Part shown: positions 1-10,723 of the stretch, piece after piece
Numbering within the stretch: the stretch's first letter is position 1
Layout of the letters: each line of letters begins with the position of its first letter
DNA from: a virus
Taxonomy: Duplodnaviria; Caudoviricetes
Reading direction: 5' to 3' (one strand)
Virus record (IMG/VR): IMGVR_UViG_2513237329_000015
Coordinates: 33,052 to 97,051 of that record
DNA length: 64,000 bases
Position numbers and translations under genes: made by a program
The notes under the pieces: generated by a model
Database searches by the model: none
Seen by the model: the letters and a program-made list of their open reading frames with translations, nothing else
What the model was told of the DNA's origin: nothing

Positions 1-1
1 G

Positions 2-445
2 CTGCTGGAGGACATCAAAGCATGGCTGGGTGAAATCGGCATGAAACTGAAAGACACCTGGCAGATCTTCCGGGTGGGCTTTACGCCAAAGGTGGCAAAG
101 GCCCACGGGGACTTATCCGAGAAGAAACAGCGGCACCGCCGTCCAAGAATTCCGTCGGCATTGGGCTATCGTTTCGGGCATGGGTACACGATCCTCCGAA
201 AGCACAATCTGTTCCGACTCAAGCAAGCGCTGCACACCTACTACCACCGGCGAGACCGGAACCGGGTCATTTCTTTTAAGCGGGCATCCGGGCTGATCTC
301 AAGACTGGGGCAATTGCGTAAGTGCAACAGTCAGCGAATATTGGAGCGGTATTACCAGCCGAATACCATGCTCAATCTCAAGAAAGTCGTCCGAAGGGAA
401 TGTCGGCGGCTACAACGATTATATCCGCCTTATCGGGCGGCCTGA
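2..445 (+). CDS. Reverse transcriptase, C-terminal part (DGR-like), truncated by window start
   Basis: Frame is open from base 2: LLEDIKAWLGEIGMKLKDTWQIF...LGYRFGHGYTILRK, resembling RT motifs 6-7 and the basic thumb; YxDD not in window. Confidence 0.7.
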   Translation: MLEDIKAWLGEIGMKLKDTWQIFRVGFTPKVAKAHGDLSEKKQRHRRPRIPSALGYRFGHGYTILRKHNLFRLKQALHTYYHRRDRNRVISFKRASGLISRLGQLRKCNSQRILERYYQPNTMLNLKKVVRRECRRLQRLYPPYRAA

Positions 446-459
446 AAGGAGTGGCACCT

Positions 460-789
460 ATGAAAGTACAGGGAATGGTCGATCCGGGGAAGTTCACCGT
501 GGAGCAGATCCCGGGAACCAACCGAAGCCTTGTGCGGCTGTTTCAAAATGTAAAACCGGCAGAAACCGAGGAGTTCACCGGATATGAGTACGACGAGTAC
601 CACGTGGAGGTGGAAACCTGGGACGGGATTGTCCGGAACGTCCGGGACAACTATGAGGAGTTCCTGAAGAAAGGCATGGACAATGAGATCGACCTCAGCA
701 ACGAGGCTCTGTATCGTGCTCAGAAAGAGCTGGCGTCCTATGTGGAACTGGCCAATGCGATTCGGGAAGGAGTGAACGGAGTTGACTGA
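460..789 (+). CDS. Phage hypothetical protein
   Basis: AAGGAG RBS, ATG at 460, overlaps next gene. Confidence 0.7.
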   Translation: MKVQGMVDPGKFTVEQIPGTNRSLVRLFQNVKPAETEEFTGYEYDEYHVEVETWDGIVRNVRDNYEEFLKKGMDNEIDLSNEALYRAQKELASYVELANAIREGVNGVD

Positions 790-1267
790 CAAGGATTTTG
801 TGCTGACCACTATGCGGGAATACGGCATGCGCCGGGCCCAGGATTTGCAGGAGACCTCCGAGGGCATGACGGGCACCGAACTGTACGAGAAAGAGGATTA
901 TATTCCAGACTTCTCTGCCGCGGTCGCCAAGAAGAACATGCTGGAGCGCAAAGCCGGCAAGACGGACGGGTTCCTGTGTCGGTCTTCTGCGGGGCGTATT
1001 GTGCGCCTTATCCAAAACTACAACAGCGACACCTACCCCCAGGAGCCGGAGGAACTGCCCGCCCAGTGGGGGTTCTACTGGTCGGACGATCCTAAGAAGG
1101 CCCCCCCCTTCGTCGCCATGTCTACGAGCCCGTACAACACCGGGGATTGTTGCACCCACAACGGCCATGTGTGGCGATCCGGGCAGGACAACAACGTATG
1201 GGAGCCGGGGACGGTCAACGTAAAGTGGACGGATCTTGGCACGATTGAGGAAGTCATGGGCGATTGA
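782..1267 (+). CDS. Phage tail-region hypothetical protein with CBM5/12-like C-terminus
   Basis: YNTGDCCTHNGHVWRS...NVWEPG...W motif. Confidence 0.65.
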   Translation: MTDKDFVLTTMREYGMRRAQDLQETSEGMTGTELYEKEDYIPDFSAAVAKKNMLERKAGKTDGFLCRSSAGRIVRLIQNYNSDTYPQEPEELPAQWGFYWSDDPKKAPPFVAMSTSPYNTGDCCTHNGHVWRSGQDNNVWEPGTVNVKWTDLGTIEEVMGD

Positions 1268-1390
1268 GGTCTGTGTTCGTCTAATATAGGAGGTCGAGCG
1301 ATGGTCAAAGAAAATTATGCTCTTGGCCCTCAGCATTCACGGCTCAGACTACGAAAAGCCGCCTTGGTAAAGGGGTGGTGATCGATCACA

Positions 1391-2008
1391 ATGATTGGCT
1401 ATATCGAGTATCTGAATGTGCCCGTCGCTTTAGGTCTAGCCATTATTGGCATATTTCTGGTTATGCAGATCATCGGTGAGGTTTTGGAATTTAAGGGAAA
1501 AGTCGTTCCTGAATTCGTCAAAATCCGAAAGTATTTTGCTCGTAAAAAGCAGGAGCGCCAGACCATGCAGGAAATGTCCACAACCATTCATGATGTGAAA
1601 ACTATGCTAAGCAGCGTGGAGTCCCATTACAATTCAGACAATATTGCCAAACGCGATTCCTGGATGAAGTGGGTCAATGATCGGGCAGAGGTGTATGACG
1701 AATCCATTAAAGTTCTGAAAGAAGGGCTGGATAAAAACAATGAGATCACCATGTCTCTTTACATTGAAAGCAAGCGCAGCTCGATTATAAGTTTTGCATC
1801 GTACTGCGTTTGCCCCGATAATCCGGTGACCAGAGAGCAATTCAAGCGAGTCTTTCGCATCTATGCAGAGTACGAGGAGATTATCCGGGAGAACGGTCTG
1901 CAAAACGGTGAGGTAGACATCGCCATCCGTATCATCCAGGAAGCGTATGAAAATAACTTGAGAAACAGGTCGTTTGTCGAGGATGTACGCGGGTACGGCG
2001 GCGAGTAA
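1391..2008 (+). CDS. Phage membrane-anchored hypothetical protein (lysis-region type)
   Basis: N-terminal hydrophobic helix VALGLAIIGIFLVMQII followed by coiled coil. Confidence 0.7.
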   Translation: MIGYIEYLNVPVALGLAIIGIFLVMQIIGEVLEFKGKVVPEFVKIRKYFARKKQERQTMQEMSTTIHDVKTMLSSVESHYNSDNIAKRDSWMKWVNDRAEVYDESIKVLKEGLDKNNEITMSLYIESKRSSIISFASYCVCPDNPVTREQFKRVFRIYAEYEEIIRENGLQNGEVDIAIRIIQEAYENNLRNRSFVEDVRGYGGE

Positions 2009-2056
2009 AGCTATTTATTTGCTTCTGTGCTTAAAGCGGCAGAACGGTGTAAAAAG

Positions 2057-2098
2057 AGGTGTAGGAGAGTCGGTTATTACTTGACTACTCCTACACCT
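2057..2098. terminator. Inverted repeat closing the phage-like segment
   Basis: AGGTGTAGGAG-AGTC...GACT-A-CTCCTACACCT. Confidence 0.5.
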
Positions 2099-2381
2099 TG
2101 ACCGTTCGAGCCCTGATATTGCTGGATTTTAAGTTTTTATGATAATTACCTATAAGATAAAATCTCAACTTTTATATACAAATTCAAGCCCCTCGTGCAA
2201 AGCTATAATATCTAAATATACGCACTTACCTTTCCCTGTCCCCCAATGGGGATAGAACAGGTCGGATAAACAGTCTCCCCTAAGAAAGAACTTAGAATTG
2301 GAGGCGGGCGAAATGCCTTAGTGAAAAGAAGGGTATGAACAGAGTAAGCGTATTTTGAAGTGCGAAGGGAGCTGGAGATTT

Positions 2382-5300
2382 ATGAAGGTAAAAAGATACT
2401 GGAAAAAGATCTTATCCTTGGTACTGACGTCAGCACTCCTGCTCGGCTTGTTGCCGACTGCGGCCTTTGCCTATTCCCCGGATGAAAAAACGGATATCAT
2501 TGAGTTCAAGGCTATGGTACTTGAGAATTTGACGGGCGGAACCGTATCCGAGTATCAGTACCTGACCACCGACAATACATTTTACAGCGACATCAATATG
2601 AATGGCTATACGGATGAAGATGGCGAGTATGGCTATTCTTGGACGATGCTGTCCTATACGATTGAGAAAACGCAGCCGGTCAACCTGATGCTGTACCGCA
2701 TGAATGATGACACGGAGTATGTCTACGGCGACACGGTGAACCTCACCCACTCGGAGAGCCCAGAGGCAGATGAACCGTTTATCGGAGAGTTTATCGGATA
2801 TCTGCATGGCACCCCTCTGCTGGACGAGAACGGGGAACCGTTTATTGGTGATATTCCGGAAGAGGAGCTCCAGGAATTGATTTGGCAAGCCGTTTGGGGC
2901 GGCTTACCCTCAGAAACAATAAAGGAATATACCGCGTTTGGCTTCACCGGTGAGGAGTTGGATATCTCCAATGCGATAGATGCCCCAGAACCTACCGAGA
3001 CGCCTACGGAGCCGAAGCCCACCGAGACGCCCACGGAGCCAGAACCTACCGAGACGCCCACGGAGCCGGAACCCACCGAGACGCCCACGGAGCCGGAACC
3101 CACCGAGACGCCCGCGGAGCCGGAACCCACCGAGACGCCCGCGGAGCCGGAACCCACCGAGACGCCCGCGGAGCCGGAGCCCACCGAGACGCCTGCGGAA
3201 CCGGAGCCCACCGAGACGCCCACGGAGCCGGAACCCAGCGAGACGCCCACGGAGCCGGAACCCAGCGAGGATTCCGCAGATTCAGGACCTGGTGAAGTCC
3301 CCGCAGAACAAAAGGCAAGTGCAGCCCCTGTGATGCTGGAGTCCAGCGAGGAACCTGCAGAGCCGGAGCCCACCGAGACGCCCGCAGAGCCGGAGCCCAC
3401 CGAGACGCCTGAAGAGCCGGAGCCCACCGAGACACCCGTAGAGTCGGAGCCCACCGAGACGCCTGCGGAGCCGGAGCCCACCGAGACGCCTGCGGAGCCG
3501 GAGCCCACCGAGATGCCCGCAGAGCCGGAGCCCATCGAGACGCCCGTAGAACCTGAGCCTACTCCAGTGGAAACAGAACCACAGGTTCCCCAATATACAG
3601 AGGCCGATGTTTTGATTGACCGGGGTGCCAATGGACTGTTTCGCGCGGACACGGATGAGGGCGCCTATACTAAGAACTATCTCCTCTGGGATGGTCTGAT
3701 CGAAACAGAAGATGGCGCTCTTACATACTGCAATCTTGAGAGCGGAAATTATGTTATTGTCATGCAGCCTACCACTCCGGGGGCGGAAAAGTACAGGAGC
3801 TTCCTGGCTTTTTCGCAGAATTCTGAGCGGCAGGATCAGTTCCTGAACTCGGACGCTTGGAGCGAGCTGGAGGCGATGGCGGAAAAATACGGTTGGACAG
3901 TTGACCCCGTGGACCTGTTGACCGGAAGCTTCAAGTGGGAATACCAGGATCTGGCGCTTTACGGGAAAGACGATCTTCCGTTTATCCGGTATTATAACTC
4001 GTCCGATTTTGAGGATGACCATGGCCTCGGCCTAGGCTGGAGCAGCAACTATACCGCATTTTTGGATATTGAGAATCTCTTTGTCCGGGCCATCCTGCCA
4101 AACGGCAGGGAGCTCTATTTCAACCTCAACTTCGACGATACCTTCCGGCCGGTGGGAGACTGCACGCTGGAGTGGGCTGGCGGGGAGTTCCTGTTGAAGA
4201 ACACCAGTGATGGGACAAGCTATGCCTTCACAAAGGAAGGTGATCTGGCACGGATCGACTATTTGAATGGGAATACCGTGCAGTTTAGCTATACTGGCGA
4301 TCAGCTTACCGAAATCTCGAATGCCTCCGGCAGCCTTTTGCTGGAGTACACTGGCGGACACATATCCAGAATTACGGACAGCACAGGCCGCAGTATCACC
4401 CTCACCTATGACGGCGATTACCTGTCCCAGGTGGATAATCCAGACGGAAACAGCTTCTCTTATACATATGAGGACGGCTGCTTGACCGAGGTTTCCAACC
4501 TAAAGGGCGAGGTGTATGTCCAGAACGTGTATGATTCCCAGGGACGAGTCGTGCACCAGGAAGTCGCCAACATGGGTGTATTCGACTTCACGTATGATAC
4601 GGACAACCGGGTCAATACCTGCACAGGTACAGACGGCTACCTGCTGGAAATCCACTACGATGAGTTGGGACGGATTACCCGGAGCACAAATGCGGAGGGG
4701 ACTGCCCGCATCACCTACAATGAGGAAAATCAGGTAACCAGTGAGACAGACCGCGAGGGCAACACCACCCGCTATACTCACGACGAGGCGGGGAATATCT
4801 CCCGCATCACCTATCCGGACGGCACGACGGAGGACTTTGTCTATAATGAAGACCGGCTGGTTACGGAGTTTACCGACCGGAACGGCATTACCAGTTCCTA
4901 TACATATGATGACAAGGGTAACGCTACCAGCCTGACCGACGGCCGCGGCAACACAATTTCCTGTGAGTATGACGCTATGGGCAATATGCTCACTCAGACA
5001 GATGCCGAAGGGAATACGACTACCTACACCTACGACGCGGTGGGAAACTGTACCTCAGTAAGGGATGCCCGCGGCAATCAGACCACTATGGAATATGACA
5101 GACAGGGCCGCCTGCTCTCCCAGATAGATGCCCAGGGCAACACCACTTCCTATGAGTATACCGATGCGGGTAAGCTCGTAAAAATGACGGACGCCCAGGG
5201 CAACGTGCAGAACTACACCGTAGACGGCAATGGCTTCAATACCAGCGAGAGCGACTGGCTGGGAAACACTACAACCAGTGAGCGCAATGCCCAGAACCAG

Positions 5301-8300
5301 GTCACAAAGATCACGGATCCGCTGGGCAACGCCACGACCTACTCCTATGATGACCGGGGCAATATGACTGTGGCCACTGACGCCAACGGGCATTCCACCA
5401 CCTATACCTACGATGCCGCGGGGCGTATGCTCTCCATGACAACCTCCAATGGCGGTACCTGGAGCTATGGCTATGACAACGAGGGGCGGCAGATCTCCGC
5501 CACCGATCCCGCCGGCGGGACCACTACGACCCATTATGACAGTACCGGCCGCACTACTTCTACCACTGACGCCCGTGGTGCTGAGACCTCTTACACCTAT
5601 GACGGTGTGGGAAATACCATCCAAACCAAAGATGCACTGGGCAACAGCACTGTGATGGAATATGACGCCAATGGCAACTTGATCTCCCAGACCGACCGCA
5701 CCGGCGCCCAAACGACCTATACCTATGACGCCAACAACCGTATGGTCAGCAGCACGGATGCGTTGGGCCAAGTTACACAGTATAGCTATGATGAGGTAGG
5801 AAATCTGATCTCTACCACTACCCCGGAAGGGAATAAATCCTCCGCGGAATATGACGATCTGAACCGGGCAGGCTCCTCTACCGACGCTCTGAGCCGCGTG
5901 ACCGCGCAGGAATATGACAGCTTGGGCCGTGTGATCAGGACCACCTATGCCGACGGCTCTAGTGTGTCCTATACTTACGATGCCAACGGGCAGGTGCTCA
6001 CTGCTACGGACGAAATGGGGGGCGTGGTATCCTATACCTACGATGCCAATGGCCGTATGCTCACTACTACCGATCCCATGGGCGGCGTTACCAGTACCAC
6101 CTATGATGCGGTAGGTAATGTGCTCAGCGAAACAACCCCCATGGGCTTCACAACCACCTATACCTACGACGGGGACAACAATGTAGCCGCCGTCACCGAT
6201 GCCAATGGTGCTGCGACCTCCTATACCTATGACGCCATGGATCGGGTGAGCACCGTGACCGACCCCATGGGAGGCACCACCAGCTACACCTATGATGCCG
6301 CTGGCAATCAGAGCACGATCACCGACGCAGAGGGCGGAGTGACCCGCTATGAGTATGACCTGCTGGGCCGCACCACTTCCATGACCGATGCCCGCGGCAA
6401 TACCTGGATCTACGAATACGACAATGAGGGCCGAGCCACTGCGACTGTGGATCCGTTGAACTACTCCACATCCAAGAGTTACGACGCCATTGGCCAGCTT
6501 GTCAGCGAGACGGATGCCAACGGCAACACCTGGACCTACACCTACGATAAGGACGGCCGGCAGACATCTCAAACTGACCCGCTGGGCAATACGACGACAT
6601 ATGCCTACGACGCGGTGGGCAACCTCCTCACCAGCACCACGGCGTTGGGGCGAACCACCAGCTATACCTACGATGCCCGGAACCGCAAGACCAGCGAGAC
6701 CGATCCTATGGGCCATGTGATCACCTTCTACTACGATGCCCTGGGGCGGCTGGTTGGAGCGGACAATAAGGATGGAACGCATGTCTCCACCACCTATGAC
6801 GCCAACGGGAATACCCTGACTACCACGGACGAAGAGGGCTATGTGGTCTCCTATGTCTATGACCTGGACGGCCGTATGACGGAGATGACCAATGCCCGTG
6901 GGTACAAGACCTCCTATACCTACGACGCGGTGGGCAATCAGATTTCCATCACCGATGCCAAGGGTGGTGTGACCAGCTCCGTCTATGATGCCAATGGCAA
7001 TCTGACCTCTGAGACTGATGTGCTGGGCAATACGACCACTTATACCTATGACAAGCTGGGCCGGCTGCTCACCATCACCGATCCCAAGGGCGGCGTGACG
7101 GCCTCGGAGTATGATGCCAACGGCAATCTGGTCAAGGCCACCGATGCGGAGGGCCATGTCATTACCTATACCTATGATGCGCTCAACCGCCTGAGCAGCT
7201 ACGTGGACACCGAGGGCTACACCCACTCCTATACTTACGACGGCAACGGCAACGTTCTCACAGAGACCGACGGCCGGGGCAACACGACTACCTATACCTA
7301 TGACGGCCTGAACCGGCAGGTGGGTATGACTGATGCCGAGGGCGGTGTGTCCTCCAACACCTACGATGCCGACGGCCGCCTGATCCAGACAACCAATGCG
7401 GAAGGCGCTGTGACCAAGTATATCTACGATGACTGCGACCGCGTGGTGGAGATGATCGACGCTCTGGGCAACTCCACCAAGTACACCTATGACGCGATGG
7501 ACCGGGTGCTCACCGTGACAGACCCGCGCGGCGGCGTGACCACTTATACCTACACGGACCGCGGCGACGTGGCCACCGAGACCGATGCCGAGGGCTACAC
7601 CGTCTCCTATGAGTACGACGGCAATCACAATATGGTGAAGAAGACCACCGTGGACGGCGACACCACCTATGTCTATGACGAGCTGGACCGGCTGATCTCC
7701 ACCACCACCCCGGACGGCAAAACCGAAAATATCGAGTACGACGGCAAGGGACAGGTGACCGCTTCCACCGATAAGGGCGGACACACCACGAAGTATGTCT
7801 ATGACGCTGCCGGCAACGTGATCCAGACCATCGACGCCAAGGGCAATGTTGCGGCCTTTGAGTATGACCTGATGGGCAACCTCACAAAGGTCACCCTGCA
7901 TCGTGTGGATACCCAGGACGGCGTGGACGAGTATGAGGTCACCCTGTATGAGTACGACGGCCGGGGCCTCGTCACCAAGGTTGTGGATGCTCTGGGCAAC
8001 GTGACCACCACGGAGTACGACGGCAACGGCAATATCGCAAAGGTCACCGATGCGGACGGATATGTGACGGAATATACCTACAATGCCCTTGATATGGTGA
8101 CGCATATCAACTATAACGGGGGCAAAGAGGTGTCCTATCAGTACAATGCCGTTGGCGACCTGGTGCAGATGGACGATTGGACGGGTACCAACACCTTTGA
8201 GGTGGATCTGCTCAACCGAATCACTGCGGTCACCAATGAGAAGGGCAACAAGGTTACCTATGAGTATGATGCCACTGGAAACCAGACCAGAGTAGGCTAT

Positions 8301-10667
8301 CCTGACGGTACCAGTGTGACCAAGACCTATGATTTGGTGGGCAACCTGGAGAGCGTCGTGGAAAGCGACGGCCGAACCACCACCTACCAGTACGACGGGA
8401 TGCGGCGCTTGGTTCACATGAACTATCCGGATGGCTGGCAGGAGGACTACACCTATGACGCCGTTGGCCAGATCCTGAGTATCTATGACACCGATCCCAC
8501 CGGACAGGACATGAAGCAGCAGAAGAACAAGTTCGAGTACGACGCCTGCGGCAACATGACCTATGAGTATATGCGGGGCAACGGCACCGGAGGGGCTACC
8601 ACAGAGGTGTTCTACACTTATGATGAGCTCCATCAGGTGGTGACGGCAAAGGAGAACTACGGCAACAAAACGCGCACCTACCAGTATGACAGCCTGGGCA
8701 ACCTGACCTATGAGACCAACAGCAACAATGTCCAGTACGACTATAAGCTCAACAATCTCAACCAACTGGTGGAAAAGACCTACAGCAAGGGCAAGGAGCA
8801 TACGGTCTATACCTACGATGGCCGAGGCAACCTGGTCGAGGAGGAGTACGGGAAGAACAAAAAGACCGCCACGGTCGGCGCGTACACCTTCGATGAGACG
8901 AACCGGATGGTGCTGGGCGTCAACGCCGACAGCGAGAGCAGCGCCTATACCTTCAACGGCCTGGGGGCGCTGGTGGAGCAGACCTGGACGATCAAGAAGA
9001 ACAGCTACGGCTACCACGACGGTTCTGAGACGGCTGCGCTGACTGCTCAGGGAGGAGCGGCGGAGACTGAGAGCGGGGCCGATGCGGAGGCGCAGGCCGC
9101 GGCTCCGGCTCCTGACACCGGTACGGCTCTTTTGGATGAGCTGGATGCCATGGGCGACCCGGCCGCTGCTCTGGATGCAGAATTGGGGATCATGCCCTTG
9201 AAGAACGACCACAGCGATAAGAAGCCGGACGATAAGCCCGGCCACAAGCCGAACCAGATGATCACCGTGGTCAAGCAGTTCTTCCCGGATTACACCCGGG
9301 AGACCCTGGACCCGCTGGTGGAGAACGAGGTGGGCGGCCTGGAGTACCGGTATGTCTATGGCAATGAGCGCCTGAGCGTCAACATCACCGGAATCGAGAA
9401 CGGCGCGGGGAGCATTGTGGAGAACGGCAACCAGGTACGGCTCTACTACCACCAGGATCTGCGCGGTACGGTGGACTACCTGACCAGCCCGGTGAGCCAG
9501 AAGATCGAGAGCTGGACACACTACAACGAGTGGGGCGAGATCACCCACAATGCGGTACTCAAGTGCGGCCAGCGGCAGCTCGACCTGGTGAAGAACTACA
9601 CCGGTCATGAGTATGACGCGGTGCTCAACCTCTACTTTGCCAAGGCCCGCTTCTACGACGCGGAGAACCGGCGCTTCATCTCCATGGATCCGGTAAAGGG
9701 TTCAGTCAAGGATCCGATCTCCATGGTGCAGTATCTGTATGTTAAGAACGCTCCTCTGATCTATACTGATCCCACAGGAGAAAAATATTCTCTTGCGCAG
9801 GGAACTGTAGCCCATGCGGAGATTACGGCTTACATTAAAAGTATTGAGCCCACTGCGGAAGGTGGAGTGAAGATAGTTGGACTCACCAGGACAAAGTCTG
9901 GCCGTGGATTTGCAGACATAATCATCAAAAATGGAGGAAACCATGATGTCTATGAAATAAAGTCCGACCAATATGAGTTTTTGGGAAGATATAATGCCGC
10001 TGCTATTAACCAGTTGGACTCTTATGTCAACGCAATAACCAACTATCCAGTAGAAAATGCCAACTATTATCCAGCTAGAAAGGGCACAAAGGTGATTCCA
10101 ACTCCGGTATATCTTCCCTACCTTTTGGATCGAACAAAAGTAATACGTGTATATACAAAATACAACAAGTATCCTGGTCTCATTTTTTACGAGATTATGA
10201 AAGCACCGCAGAATAAGCAAGTTGTTGCGGAGGAGTCCTTTGTTACAGCTTCGCTACTGCAAACGGTAAGCTACTATGGAATGGTTACATGTGAGTACCC
10301 ACCAGCCTATTACCAAGATTACATTAATGTTGATTCTTATTTGGATCAACAAATGAATGATGATATTCAAGCATGGCTTGATGGTGCAACCGTTTCAACA
10401 TATACCGAAGGGCTTAATATTTATACTAAGATAGTATATGCAGATGGTACCGAGGTTTACCGTTATGAGGGGCTGGGAGTTCCTTTTTTGACAACTACTC
10501 CTAAGCTAAGCGGTAGTGAATTGCTCACAATTAGAGAGGGTGGAACTTATAACCAACTACAAGGCTGGGCGTCATCTGCAAAAGAAGCATTTAATTTGCA
10601 AAAAGCCGCATCGACAGTCCCGGTGCTACCGCTTCCTGGAGGAGGCGTAGTCGTACCGGTAGTCTGA
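2382..10667 (+). CDS. Secreted Rhs/YD-repeat polymorphic toxin (signal peptide, Pro/Glu/Thr repeats, DUF6531-like domain, YD repeats, Rhs core, putative PD-(D/E)xK nuclease tip)
   Basis: Signal peptide MKVKRYWKK...TAAFA; DPVDLLTG...GLGWS; dozens of YTYDAxG repeats; core end PLIYTDPTG (~9753-9779) followed by a GC drop; tip GFADIII...VYEIKS. Confidence 0.92.
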   Translation: MKVKRYWKKILSLVLTSALLLGLLPTAAFAYSPDEKTDIIEFKAMVLENLTGGTVSEYQYLTTDNTFYSDINMNGYTDEDGEYGYSWTMLSYTIEKTQPVNLMLYRMNDDTEYVYGDTVNLTHSESPEADEPFIGEFIGYLHGTPLLDENGEPFIGDIPEEELQELIWQAVWGGLPSETIKEYTAFGFTGEELDISNAIDAPEPTETPTEPKPTETPTEPEPTETPTEPEPTETPTEPEPTETPAEPEPTETPAEPEPTETPAEPEPTETPAEPEPTETPTEPEPSETPTEPEPSEDSADSGPGEVPAEQKASAAPVMLESSEEPAEPEPTETPAEPEPTETPEEPEPTETPVESEPTETPAEPEPTETPAEPEPTEMPAEPEPIETPVEPEPTPVETEPQVPQYTEADVLIDRGANGLFRADTDEGAYTKNYLLWDGLIETEDGALTYCNLESGNYVIVMQPTTPGAEKYRSFLAFSQNSERQDQFLNSDAWSELEAMAEKYGWTVDPVDLLTGSFKWEYQDLALYGKDDLPFIRYYNSSDFEDDHGLGLGWSSNYTAFLDIENLFVRAILPNGRELYFNLNFDDTFRPVGDCTLEWAGGEFLLKNTSDGTSYAFTKEGDLARIDYLNGNTVQFSYTGDQLTEISNASGSLLLEYTGGHISRITDSTGRSITLTYDGDYLSQVDNPDGNSFSYTYEDGCLTEVSNLKGEVYVQNVYDSQGRVVHQEVANMGVFDFTYDTDNRVNTCTGTDGYLLEIHYDELGRITRSTNAEGTARITYNEENQVTSETDREGNTTRYTHDEAGNISRITYPDGTTEDFVYNEDRLVTEFTDRNGITSSYTYDDKGNATSLTDGRGNTISCEYDAMGNMLTQTDAEGNTTTYTYDAVGNCTSVRDARGNQTTMEYDRQGRLLSQIDAQGNTTSYEYTDAGKLVKMTDAQGNVQNYTVDGNGFNTSESDWLGNTTTSERNAQNQVTKITDPLGNATTYSYDDRGNMTVATDANGHSTTYTYDAAGRMLSMTTSNGGTWSYGYDNEGRQISATDPAGGTTTTHYDSTGRTTSTTDARGAETSYTYDGVGNTIQTKDALGNSTVMEYDANGNLISQTDRTGAQTTYTYDANNRMVSSTDALGQVTQYSYDEVGNLISTTTPEGNKSSAEYDDLNRAGSSTDALSRVTAQEYDSLGRVIRTTYADGSSVSYTYDANGQVLTATDEMGGVVSYTYDANGRMLTTTDPMGGVTSTTYDAVGNVLSETTPMGFTTTYTYDGDNNVAAVTDANGAATSYTYDAMDRVSTVTDPMGGTTSYTYDAAGNQSTITDAEGGVTRYEYDLLGRTTSMTDARGNTWIYEYDNEGRATATVDPLNYSTSKSYDAIGQLVSETDANGNTWTYTYDKDGRQTSQTDPLGNTTTYAYDAVGNLLTSTTALGRTTSYTYDARNRKTSETDPMGHVITFYYDALGRLVGADNKDGTHVSTTYDANGNTLTTTDEEGYVVSYVYDLDGRMTEMTNARGYKTSYTYDAVGNQISITDAKGGVTSSVYDANGNLTSETDVLGNTTTYTYDKLGRLLTITDPKGGVTASEYDANGNLVKATDAEGHVITYTYDALNRLSSYVDTEGYTHSYTYDGNGNVLTETDGRGNTTTYTYDGLNRQVGMTDAEGGVSSNTYDADGRLIQTTNAEGAVTKYIYDDCDRVVEMIDALGNSTKYTYDAMDRVLTVTDPRGGVTTYTYTDRGDVATETDAEGYTVSYEYDGNHNMVKKTTVDGDTTYVYDELDRLISTTTPDGKTENIEYDGKGQVTASTDKGGHTTKYVYDAAGNVIQTIDAKGNVAAFEYDLMGNLTKVTLHRVDTQDGVDEYEVTLYEYDGRGLVTKVVDALGNVTTTEYDGNGNIAKVTDADGYVTEYTYNALDMVTHINYNGGKEVSYQYNAVGDLVQMDDWTGTNTFEVDLLNRITAVTNEKGNKVTYEYDATGNQTRVGYPDGTSVTKTYDLVGNLESVVESDGRTTTYQYDGMRRLVHMNYPDGWQEDYTYDAVGQILSIYDTDPTGQDMKQQKNKFEYDACGNMTYEYMRGNGTGGATTEVFYTYDELHQVVTAKENYGNKTRTYQYDSLGNLTYETNSNNVQYDYKLNNLNQLVEKTYSKGKEHTVYTYDGRGNLVEEEYGKNKKTATVGAYTFDETNRMVLGVNADSESSAYTFNGLGALVEQTWTIKKNSYGYHDGSETAALTAQGGAAETESGADAEAQAAAPAPDTGTALLDELDAMGDPAAALDAELGIMPLKNDHSDKKPDDKPGHKPNQMITVVKQFFPDYTRETLDPLVENEVGGLEYRYVYGNERLSVNITGIENGAGSIVENGNQVRLYYHQDLRGTVDYLTSPVSQKIESWTHYNEWGEITHNAVLKCGQRQLDLVKNYTGHEYDAVLNLYFAKARFYDAENRRFISMDPVKGSVKDPISMVQYLYVKNAPLIYTDPTGEKYSLAQGTVAHAEITAYIKSIEPTAEGGVKIVGLTRTKSGRGFADIIIKNGGNHDVYEIKSDQYEFLGRYNAAAINQLDSYVNAITNYPVENANYYPARKGTKVIPTPVYLPYLLDRTKVIRVYTKYNKYPGLIFYEIMKAPQNKQVVAEESFVTASLLQTVSYYGMVTCEYPPAYYQDYINVDSYLDQQMNDDIQAWLDGATVSTYTEGLNIYTKIVYADGTEVYRYEGLGVPFLTTTPKLSGSELLTIREGGTYNQLQGWASSAKEAFNLQKAASTVPVLPLPGGGVVVPVV
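2985..3270 (+). repeat. 27-bp coding tandem repeat (EPTETP[T/A]EP), about 10 copies
   Basis: GAACCCACCGAGACGCCC[A/G]CGGAGCCG units. Confidence 0.9.
3351..3573 (+). repeat. Second block of the same 27-bp repeat, about 8 copies
   Basis: GAGCCCACCGAGACGCC...GAGCCG units. Confidence 0.9.
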
Positions 10668-10672
10668 ATTAT

Positions 10673-10702
10673 AATGCTGGCCGTCTTCGGACGGCCAGCA
10701 TT
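10673..10702 (+). promoter_or_regulatory. Perfect 13-bp hairpin with C(UUCG)G loop between toxin and immunity genes
   Basis: AATGCTGGCCGTC-TTCG-GACGGCCAGCATT, no U-tract. Confidence 0.7.
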
Positions 10703-10723
10703 GGAAAAGGGTGTGATCGAAAA

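Larger units (their letters stand above)
1..2200 (+). mobile_element. Right end of a prophage-like segment (RT, small phage genes, membrane protein); boundary approximate
   Basis: Translationally coupled small genes after an RT, ending in an inverted repeat and an AT-rich tract (2100-2230). Confidence 0.55.

Noticed and set aside
2723-3652. Gly/Ser/Val-repeat minus-strand ORF and possible CRISPR-like periodicity
   Set aside because: Mirror of the 27-bp coding repeat; no unique spacers and no cas genes
5055-9608. 1517-aa minus-strand ORF
   Set aside because: Antisense shadow of the codon-biased Rhs repeats; no RBS or domain motifs
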